Notes under the pieces: model-generated
Seen by the model: only the letters and a program-made list of their open reading frames with translations
Database searches by the model: none
What the model was told of the DNA's origin: nothing
Shown: one piece after another, positions 45,764-58,131 of the stretch
Layout of the letters: each line of letters starts with the position of its first letter
Numbering within the stretch: the first letter of the stretch is position 1
Position numbers and translations under genes: made by a program
Assembly: GCF_009914755.1 (NCBI RefSeq)
Contig: NC_060941.1
Length of the DNA: 64,000 nt
Direction: 5' to 3' (one strand)
Source of the DNA: the human T2T-CHM13v2.0 reference genome, Homo sapiens

Positions 45764-46339
45764 TTGAGCTACAGGAATGAACTTCCTGCAGCACTTGGGA
45801 ATAACTTCCGGCCCCCACCTTCCTCCCCAACGAGACCTGCTCCTGTCTTCTGTCCCCTTCTCAGCCTAGCCCCCTGGCCCTTTCTCCCACCCTCCAATCT
45901 TACTTCCTGCCCACCCTCAACCCCCCATTCCCAGAGCATTGTCCTTGTCATGTCTCCCTTTTCAGACTCAGAGCTCCTTGCGGACAATAAGTTAGCCACT
46001 TTTCCCTGACCTCCTCCAGCCCAGCCGCCTGGATTCTCCATCACTCTCACACTCACATGATGACCAGCACTATGGGCAAGCCAGTGACAGGCAGATATTT
46101 ACTATGAATAGCACTTCCTCAGCTGAACAGTTGGAAAGCACATTTTTCTGCATGCTTTCATTCCTTTGTCAGCCCCTGTCTCTTCTGCCTTTCCCTGGGT
46201 TCCCTGAGGCCTTTCCCCTCGAGACTCGGCCCTCCTGGTTCCTTCCCTGGCTAATGCCTGGGGCATCTATCTACAGCCTTGGTTCCCAGGAAGATGGTGG
46301 GTACTTGTCAGAATTAGTTGCTGTGAACTCTCTCTCTCT

Positions 46340-48471
46340 CTGTCTCTATCTCTCTCTCTATATATGTGTGTATCTATATATGTATGTGTTATATATGTAT
46401 ATATACACAATTGTTACATATGTATATATACATATATAACACATATGTACATTCGTATATATAGAGTTCATCACAGCAACTAACTCTGACAAGTATATGT
46501 ATATATACACGTATATATACATATATGTATACATATATACACATATAGGTATGTCTACATATACACATATATGTATACATATACACGTATATATGTATAC
46601 ACACATATATGTGTATGCACACATGCATGCATACATGCATAGTGCATGTATGTACACACATGCACATATGCATGCATACATGCATACATGTATATACATA
46701 TATGCATACACGCATACATACCTGTATATGTATATGTGCATATATGCATACATACACACATATGTATGTATGCATACATGTATGTATATGTGCATGCACA
46801 TGTATGTATACATACATGCATGCGTGCATGTGTGTACATACATGTACGCACGCATGAGTGCATGTGTGTATACACACGTGTATGTGTGCATGTATGAATA
46901 CACACGTATGTATGCATGTATGCATGTGTGTATAAACACATATGTGTACATGTATACACATATACGTGTACATGTATACACATATATGTGTATATGTATA
47001 TATGTGTATATATGTATACATATAAGTATATATAAGTGTATGTATACATATACTTGTCTTGCTGTGATGAACTCTATACATACGTATGTATATATGTGTA
47101 TATATGTATACATATATAATTGTGTATATACATATATAACATATACATATATACACACCTATGTGTATACACACATGCATACATACATGTATGTATACAC
47201 ACATGCACACATGCATATGTACATGTATGTATACACATGCAAACACGCATGCATGCATGCATATATGTATGTAGGGCATATGTACATGTATGTACCCACA
47301 CATGCATACATGTACCCATACATGTTTGCATACACACATGTGTATGTGCATATACACACATGTATGCATACATACACATGTGTGCATATACATGTATGTA
47401 TGCATGCACATATACATACATGTACGCATATGTGTATGCATGCATGTATGTACACATATGTATGCATATACATGTAAGTATATGTGCATACATACATCTA
47501 TGTATACACACATGTATGCATATGTGTAAACACGCATGCATGTATACATACATGTATGCATACACACATGCATGCATACGTGCACACATGCATACATGCA
47601 TTCATATACATACGTGCATACATGCATGCATACATGTATGTGTATGTGGATACATGCGTGCATGCATGTATACACACATGTGTATACATGCACATATGTA
47701 TGTGTGTGCACATGCATACATGTATGCATGCATGTATGCACGTATGTATATGAATGCATGTATGCATGTGTGCACGTATGCATGCATGTGTGCACACATA
47801 TGTACAATGTATGGATGCGTGTATGCATGTATGTATGCATTATCCATGTACACATATATGTATGCATACATGTATGCATGTCTGCATGTCTTCATGTATG
47901 TGTGCACGCATGTATGCATGTATGTGTATGCATTTATGCATGTATACATACATGCATTTACATATATGCGTGCATACATGCATACATACATGTGCCCATG
48001 CATCCATGCATGCATCCACACATGTATGCATGCATCCATGCATCCATCCACACATGTATACATGCATACACGCAACATGTATACATACATGTATGTGTGC
48101 ATCCATGCATGTATACATACATGCATACATACATCCACACATGCATCCATACATGTATACATACATGTACACGTGCATGCATACATGCATCCATACATGT
48201 ACACGTGCATCCATACATACATGCAGCATGCATGCATACATGCAGCATGCATGCATGCACGCACACATGCATACATGCACGCACACATGCATACATGCAT
48301 GCATATATGTATGTGTGTGTACCTGTACACATGTATGTATACACACACACACACATATTTAGAGAGAGAGTTCATCACAGCAGCTAACTCTAACAAGTAC
48401 CCACTGTCTTCCTGGTAACCAAGGCTGTAGCTAGATGCCCCGTGTGTGTATATATGTATATATATATATAC

Positions 48472-48525
<54 letters not shown>

Positions 48526-48592
48526 AGAGAGAGAGAATATATATAGAGAAAGAAATATATATATAGAGAGAAAATTTAGATATATATATATG
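46340..48592. repeat. Degenerate alternating purine-pyrimidine (TA/CA/TG/TGCA) tract
   Basis: ~2.2 kb of near-continuous RY alternation; source of the spurious C/M/H/Y/I/V ORFs. Confidence 0.95.
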
Positions 48593-48596
48593 TATC

Positions 48597-48912
48597 TTTT
48601 TTCGGGACAGGATCTTGCTATGTTGCCAAAGCTGGTCATGAACTCCTGGGCTCAAGCAATCCTCCTGCCTCGGCCTCCCAAAGTGCTGGGATTACAGGTG
48701 CGCACCACCACTCCCAGCTAATTTTTTGTAATTTTAGTAGAAACGGGATTTCACTGTGTTGGCCAAGCTGGTCTCAAACTCGTGACCTCAAGTGATCCAC
48801 CTGCCTCAGCCACCCAAAGTGCTTGGGATTACAGGTATGAGCCACCACACCCAGCTGTGATGCTTAAATTTTATGTGTCAACCAGACTGGGCCACAGGGT
48901 CCTCAAATAGAG
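48597..48912. mobile_element. Antisense Alu pieces (48597-48855) followed by an MLT2-like LTR start (48857-48912)
   Basis: Alu consensus; tgtgatgcttaaattttatgtgtcaac. Confidence 0.7.
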
Positions 48913-49955
48913 CAGGGGAGAAAGAGTCACATGGAGATGGGTCTGTGATCAATCATGGGCTTCCCCTTTGAGGACCCCGAGGCTCCCGCTGCCCCACATG
49001 AAAGTGGGGTTCTATAACTAACAAGGAAGGGGGAATGGATGTCAGGGATAGGCAACCAGTGATCTCACCACACCTGGGATCCCCCCTTACAGGGACACAA
49101 AGTAAAGGGATGCCTGAAAGCCACCATGTGTTTTACAGCTGGCCCTGGGGCTAGAGAGCAGGACAAGGGGGAGTGAGGGCAGCTATGAAGCCCGGACCTG
49201 TGAAAAGGAGGGAAGAAACACTGTGGACATCAGCCAGGCATGGAGAGGCAGAGCCACGGAATGCCAGAACCAGAGTTACCCCCGGTTACACAGATGGGGG
49301 AACTGAGGCCTAGAGGGGGCCTGTGACCTGTCCAAAGCCACATAATGCTGTCTCCTGTCTCCAGGCCAGGGTATTTCCCTGTATTAGAGCTGTTGTGTTC
49401 ACTGCTGGCCGTGGTGGATCCTCACTGCTGTCCTGCTCTAAATGGCAGAGTGTGGCTCTGGGCCCTGGGTGCCCATGGGGACTGCCTGGAGCCAGCAGGC
49501 CAAGTGTCTTCACACGAATTCAGAAGCAGGAGTGAAGGACCCACTCTGAGACAAACCAACCGACTTAACATATTTAGAAGTCGGGGAAGAGACAGGGAAG
49601 GACAGACAGAATTCCTGCCTGTCCGGTCCAGGGCCTGACTCTTGCCAGGCTGACCTTCCTGTCCGGGTGAGGGGAAGGAGGCGCTCATGCTCTTTCTGCC
49701 TGGAGGACAAAAGAGAACCAGACGAAAACAAAGGTCAGGGCATAGGTAGGAGTTTCCAAAGGGCACAGGCGAGGAAGGAATCTCTTACCTAAGAGGGTTT
49801 TCAAACATAACAGAAAATTGCTTAAGTGTGCTGGAAAATAAGGCAGCATGGCTGAGAGGCAGGAGGAGGAACAGGGTGACCCCGGGATCTGCCTTGGTGG
49901 TGGCAGCCCAGGCTTCTGCTGTGTGGTGACCGGTGATGCTGGCCCTGACCATGGC

Positions 49956-49988
49956 TGCAGTTAGCGCAGTCGCCACCAGGTGGCAAGC
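49956..49988 (+). promoter_or_regulatory. CTCF site, core plus upstream module
   Basis: TGCAG-N9-TCGCCACCAGGTGGCAAGC. Confidence 0.7.
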
Positions 49989-52559
49989 ATGCCCATTTCT
50001 GAAGGATTGGCTGCTGGAACTCCGATAACTGGTTGGTTGATGGATTTGTTTATCCATCCATCATTTATTTATTCAATCGTCATTCATTCATAGCTTTGAT
50101 TCCCCCCAAGCATTTTTGACTCATTTGTGCCAGCAGGCATTGTGCTAAGTGTGAGGAGGAACCAAAACTGGCCCAGAAGAGGTGGCTGTTGTGGGCACCT
50201 CACAGGGCCCTCCCTGCTCAGCAGCCCCGCGGGGGTGCCCGGACCAGAGTGGGCCATGGCGGCCAGGTACCTGTGGGTCAGTCCTGCAGCTGGCGGGGCC
50301 TGCCTGGATCGGATCCCACGGCAGCCACTCGGGCTAGCGCCCCCTGCCCTCCGTTCTGCCGCGGAGCCAGCGGGCAGTGGGCCCTGAGAGAGGTTTGGCT
50401 GGCCTCCCATGCTGGGCTCAGGCCGCCCGCAGTGGGGCTCAGGTGTAGCCGCACAGTGGTCCCTGGGGCTGAGGTTTTCTCCGTCTCTGTTCTTCCTCCA
50501 ACCAGGCTCAACCTCAAACCGCGAGTCCACCCCTCTGCCCCCCTTCTCCCTTCCCTCTGCTCTGTTCTGCAGCGTTTCTCAGACGTGTACCTCTCCAGGG
50601 CAGAAAGTGGATCCCTGGAACAGGACTGGGTCCCGGGGCCTCAGGGTCACCGGATCCCTTCTGCTTTCCTCAAGCCTTGCTCCTGCCCCTCCCCTGCTTC
50701 CGGCTGTGAGGCCAGCGTTCAGCCAGAAGCATCCATGTCTTGGCTGTTGGCTCAGGCCCCACATGACGCATAGCCCCAGGAGGGCAGGGACCTCAGCTGA
50801 TTCACTGTTGAAGCCCCAGGACCTTGCACAGTGCCTGCCACAGAGCAAGCCTCAACAAAGGTGGGCTGCATCACTCAAGGAAGGGGAGTGAATGCAGCTG
50901 TGCAAAGAGGAGGGCCACGAGCATCTATGGGAGGGCGGGGCAGGCGTGGATGCTGCAGGACACAGAGCGTGCCCACGCGCCTCGAGACTGCCCTGCGTTG
51001 AATTGGTGGAGCCCCTGGACCCGCTGCAGTGAGGACCATAGGAGCCCCAGTTTGCTCCATGGGACTCTAAATCCAGCAGGGGTGGAGTCATTTTTTGGGG
51101 CCCCCAGAGGACTTCCTTGGCCAGCAGCTGCAGTGCCCAGTCCTCCAGGAGAGTGTCAGCTGCCACTCTGTATTGCTTCCCTCCTCCCCTCTCCTGCTGC
51201 CCCAGCTTCCCTGGCAACTGGGGACACTGCCCCCCACCCCAACTACCAACCCAGGCCCCGTGCCTTCTGACTCACAGCAGCTCAACAGGAAAGCATCTGA
51301 TCATGCCCACAGCCCTGGCATCTGGCCCACAGGAGTGGCACCCCTCCCCAAGACCTTCCACACAGTTTCTATATTAGGGTAATGTCCATTGAAATCTCTC
51401 CCACCCCACCCCCAAGAAACCCCCCTGTGATACGTGGGGATGGCATAGCGCCCCGCCGCGCACTGTGCCAGGTGGAGTGGGAGTCCTGATCCTACCGGCT
51501 CATCACATTCCGCACATTCCCAGTGGGCAGGGTGGAGGAGGGGCTAGCCAGGGAGGAAGAATGCCGCTTGCCTCTGACATCCTGTGTCTGGGTTTGCTTC
51601 ATCCCTACCCTCCCCGCCTGGGCTCAGCTCCCCTCCATGTGCCTCCTGGCCCCTCACACCTTGGACCCCCTGTCTAGCTCCCGCCTCTCAGGGCTGTCTT
51701 CCCTTTTCTGACCCGTCCTTCCTCTCCATTTTCTCCTCTCTCGCTCAGCCCTCTCCTCTCTGTCATCCTGGAGTCTGTGGTGAGAATTGGGGAGACCAGG
51801 CTGGGTTCTACACAGGGCCACTGTTCCTGTCCTAGACAGCCAAGCACGCTGGGTTTGGTATGGCCACAGCTCTGCGCCATCTCCTTGTGCATCCAGGACT
51901 TGCCCTCTCTGGCCATGGGCTCCTCCTGGGAGCGCTGGGCTCCCAGGGTCCCAGTCCTGATATCTAAGCTCCTCCCAAGGGCCTTAGTGGGGATGGAGCA
52001 AACCCCAATGGTCCAGGTCTCCATGCTGCCCTGGGGAGATTTCTCCCCAAATCCTCCTTCCAAATGGCGCAGGACTAGATTTGAGGGTCAGCTGCTCACC
52101 TGCCTCCCACCCCACCTGGACCCCGCTCCTCTCTTGTTGGAGGAGGGGCTGCCCACCTATCTTCTTTACGCACATCTGTGGGCATAGAGTCCAGTACCTG
52201 CACAAAGTTGTCCCGTTCCTGAAATACCTACATGCCCCTCCCTCTGCCCTCTGGTCACCTCCCAGCTCCTGACCACAGTGTGGTGGCCGAAGTGGAGCTG
52301 GGCTCCAGGAACCTCGAGTTCCAGTCCTGGCTCTGCCACTCACTTGCTGTGGGACCTAAGCTAGTCACCACCCTGCTCTGAGCCTCAGCGCCCGGGGGAA
52401 TGACAGGAATGGACCGGTAGCCTCATGCTCCAGAGCCAAAGGGGATACCCAGCAGCCCCAGACCAGACAGATGTTCTGACCAGGTTCTGATGGAGGACAT
52501 AGAGGGAGTCACCAGAGAGGTGTTCCCCTTTGGAGACAACTCTGTTTTGTTTATTTCTT

Positions 52560-53353
<794 letters not shown>

Positions 53354-53499
53354 ACTGTTTTGCTTTTTAATTGAGCAAGGGGCAGGCCACTCCCAGGGGT
53401 TCCCCAACCTCAAACCACTGCTCCCTATCCCAGCCCCTCAGACCCTTCCCTTATCAGCAAGGTATGTCTGAAAAAGTAGTACTATGAAGATTATCTGAA

Positions 53500-56050
53500 A
53501 TACACACACACACACTCCATTAGGTTGAGTGGTGAAATATTCAAAGCTTTCTACTACGATCAGGAGGCAGCTGAGGAGCCCACTGTTACCACTCCATCCA
53601 GCACTACCCTACAAGGGAGGCCTCAGGCAAGGGAATAAGGCACAAGAAACATTGTGAGAATTGTAAAGGGAGAAAGAAAACTGCCAGTATTTAGATGACA
53701 TAGTGGTCCATAGACAAAATCCCCCAAAATATACAGACAAGCTGTTAGAATAAATAAGTAAATTGAGTAAGCTCACTGGATACAAAATCAGTATAAAAAA
53801 TCAAATGTTGCTGGGGTAGGCAAAGATTTCTTTTTTTTTTTTCCTTTAAATAGAGATGCGGTCTCACTATGTTGCCTAGTCTGGCCTTGGACTCCTGGGC
53901 TCAAGCAATCCTCCTGCCTCAGCCTCCTGAATAACAAGATTTCCTAAATAGGACACAGAAAGTACTAACCATAAAGGAAAAAACTTGATAAATTTTTCTC
54001 CATTGAAATTAGAATTACTAAGCCGGATGTGGTAACCCATGTCTGTGGTCCCAGCTAGTAGAGAGGCTGAGGCAGGAGGATTCCTTGAGCCTAAGAGTTT
54101 GAGTCCAGCCTGGGCAACATAGTGAGACCCTGTCTCTAAAAGTGAAAAAAAAAAAAAAAAGGAACGAATCAAATGTTTTTCTACCAATGTACAATTAGGG
54201 AAAGGAATTAAAAGGACAACATCATTTATACATCATAAAAATATCAAATACCTAAAAATAAATCTAACCCAAACAGTGAAAGCTCCCTCACTACACAGAA
54301 AACTTCAAAACATCTTTGATAAATACTTAAAAATATCTAGGCCAGGCATGGTGGCTCATGCCTATAATCCTAACCCTTTGGGAGGTGGAGGCGGGCAGAT
54401 CACTTGAGCCCAGGAGTTTGTGACCAGCCTGTGCAACATAGTGAAACCCCATCTCCACAAAAAATAGAAAAATTAGTCTGGTGTGGTGGCGTGTGCCTGT
54501 AAGAGGCTGAGGTGGGAGAATCACTTCAGCGCAGGAGGTCGACACTGCAGTGAGCCATGACTGTGCCACTACAGTCCAGCCTGGGTGACAGAGTAAGATC
54601 TTGCCTCAAAAAATAAAAAAATTTAAAGATAATCTAAATTAGTGTTCATGGATTGGAAAGCTCCACCTTGTAAATCCTCCCCAAATCAATCTATAGATTC
54701 AATGCAATTCCAATCAAAATCCTGGCAGGAATGTGTGTGTGTGTGTGTGTGTGTGTGCAGAAATCGATAAGTTGATTCTAAAATTTGTATGGAAATGGAA
54801 AGGATCAAGAATAGCCAAGACTTTCTTCAAGTAGAGCACAGCTGTAAGACTTCCAGTACTAGATATTAAGACAACATGGTATTAGTGCAAGGACAGAATA
54901 GAGAGCCTGTGGGACAGAATAGAGAGCCTTGAAGTGAATCCACCCAGATGTGATTATTTGATTTCTAACAAAGATGATACTGCTCAGCTATACTGGGGAA
55001 AGGATAGTCTTTCCAATAAATGGTGCTGGGCAATTGGATATTCATGTGGAAAAAAGGTATCTTGATCCCTATGTCACATCATACACAAACATAAAATTCT
55101 ACATGGAATATATATCTAAATATAAAAGGTAAAACCACTAGAAAAAAACAGAATATATTCATGACCTTGGGTAGGCAAAATTTTGTTGTTGTTTGTTTGT
55201 TTGTTTGTTTGTTGAGATAGGGTCTTGCTCTGTCACCCAGGCTGGAGTGCATTAGTGCAATCCTAGCTCGCTGCAGCATCAACCTCCCAGGCTCAAGCAA
55301 TCTTTCCACCTCTACCTCAGCCTCCTGAGTAGCTGGGACTATAGGCAGATGCCACCATGCCAGGCTAATTTTTGTATTTTTTTTTTGTAGAGACTGGATT
55401 TCACCACATTGCTCAGGCTGGTCTCGAACTCCTGGGCTCAAGCGATCCTCCTGCCTCAGCCTTCTGGGTAGCTAAATTTCCTAAACAGGACACAAAAAGT
55501 TCTAGCCATAAAGAAAAAAAACTTGATAAATTATTCTCCATGAAATTTAGAACTTCTAAGCCGGGCACTGTGGTGTGTGCCTATAGTCCCAGCTACTTGG
55601 GAGATTGAGTCAGAAGGATTACCCGAGGCCACGAGTTCAAGGCTGCAGTGAGCTATGATTGTGCCGCAGCACTCCAGCCTGGGTGAGAGAGCAAGACCCT
55701 ATCTTTATAATCAAAATAAAATAAAATTAGAACTTCTGTTGATCAAAAGTCACCATTAAGAAAGTGAAAAGGGGCCGGGCATGGTGGCTCACGCCTGTAA
55801 TCCCAGCACTTTGGGAGCAAGGCAGGTGGATCACCTGAGGTCAGGAGTTCGAGACCAGCCTGACCAACATGGTGAAACCCCATCTCTACTAAAAATACAA
55901 AATTAGCTGGGCGTGGTGGTGCATGCCTGTAATCCCAGCTAGTTGGGAGACTGAGGCAGGACCTCCTTGAACCTGGGAGGCAGAGGTTGCAGTTAGCCGA
56001 GATCGCGCCATTGCACTTCAGCCTGCGCAACAAAAGCGAAACTGTCTCAA

Positions 56051-56089
<39 letters not shown>

Positions 56090-57000
56090 AAAGAAAGTGA
56101 AAAGGAAAGCTGCAGAGTTGCAGGAGAAATTTGCACCACAAAAGGCTTGTATCCAGAGCATATAAAGAACACTAATAGATCAACAGGAAAGAGACAGATA
56201 ACTCAGTAGAAATGGGCAGGCAACGTGAACAACCCCGCCACAATAAGGCTTTCCAAATGCCCTGTAGTCATATGGAAAGACGCTCGATATCATAAGTCAC
56301 TAGGGAAATGCAAAAGCTACAATGAGCTAAAATGAAAAAGACTGACTTCTGAAGATTGGCAGGGGTGTGCAGCAAATGGGGCTCTTGTACCAGCTGGCAG
56401 GAGCGTGGGTTGGCACAACCGCTTTGGAAAACTTTATGACAGCACCAACTAAAGCTAAGCATACGCAGCCCCTATGACTAGCAAGTCCATATCTGGGCCT
56501 GTATCCAACAGAAAAGTATTCATTGTGCCCCAAAAAACATGCAAAAGAATGTTCACCACAGCACTATTGTCAACAGTCCTAAACTGAAAAAATCCAGATG
56601 TCCATCAGCAGTAGAATGAATAAATAAATGGTGGCGTATTCATACGAGGGTGTCCAGCAATGCAAAGAAACAAACTGTAAGTACAAGAAACAAGATGGGC
56701 GAATGTCATAGGCTTAATGTTGAGCAAAAACTGCCAGACACAAAAGAACACATATTCTACGATTCTGCTGATGAAAAGTTAAAAAACCAGCAAAACGAAC
56801 CTATGGTGGTAGAAGTCAAGATGATTGCTACCTTCTAAGAAGGAAGAAATTGGGAGGAGATATAAAAGGGCTTGGGGGATGCTGGAAATATATATCCCAA
56901 CCTGGGTTCTGGTTACACAGGTGTGTCCATTTGGTGAAAATCCATCCACTTTTCTGTCTATGCGTTACACTTCAATTAAATATTTCCATTAAAATAAAAT
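53500..57000 (+). mobile_element. Old L1M (ORF2 to 3' end) interrupted by Alus (54339-54620, 55190-55472, 55560-55725, 55773-56092)
   Basis: tgttcatggattggaaag, tatagattcaatgcaattccaatcaaaatcc, aataaatggtgctggg, aatgttcaccacagcacta. Confidence 0.8.
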
Positions 57001-57263
57001 AAAATGGTGGCCCAGAGAGACTCATTAACTTGCCCAGAGTCACGCAGTTCTTACGCAGGAAGTTAAAAGTCTTAGGTTCTTATTCCTTCTTCGTTCCTCA
57101 CTCTGTAAGGTTCTGGGCAAGCGATCTCTTTCTGGGGTTTACTTTCCCCAACTGTGTGGAATAGAAAACACACACACATGCGCACACACACGCACACACA
57201 CACGTTATTGCAAAAGCTGGCAGCAGAACTAGGAAATACCTTGCTGGGCTCTCTTGGGATGTG

Positions 57264-57267
<4 letters not shown>

Positions 57268-57294
<27 letters not shown>
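57268..57294. repeat. (GA)n microsatellite
   Basis: Perfect GA run. Confidence 0.9.
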
Positions 57295-57299
<5 letters not shown>

Positions 57300-57696
57300 T
57301 CTATCTAACTAATAGCTTGGGAGAACTCTCGGTTTCAGGAGACCACTCAGGAGAGAATTCCTGAGGACAGATGTGGAGAGAGAGAGACAGACAGATAGAG
57401 ATAGAGACGAAGAGAGATTGAAAACCAAGACAATAAGTGGTAGGCAACCAGAGGGAGGTGGAAACATGGGCTTGGGAGCTGGGTGGAAAAGTAGCCCCTT
57501 CTTCTCCATCACTCCCATCCCTCAGGAATGATCCCCCACCCTCACTGCCTTGGGTGAAGAGTATTTAGGGAGGAATTAAAGGGAAGGGGGGCTGCATTCC
57601 ACACCTGGGCTGACACAGTTCAGAGCAAACAGCCCACAGGTGAGAGGCAGAGGGCAGTGGGAATGCAGCAAGGACAGGTCAGGGAGGCCGGGGTGA

Positions 57697-58131
<435 letters not shown>

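Noticed and set aside
46358-48721. Very long ORFs (up to 496 aa) in several frames
   Set aside because: RY-alternating DNA cannot form TAA/TAG/TGA stops; the products are low-complexity C/M/H/Y/I/V/T artefacts
54891-54929. 18-bp tandem duplication GGACAGAATAGAGAGCCT
   Set aside because: Ordinary slippage inside an old L1
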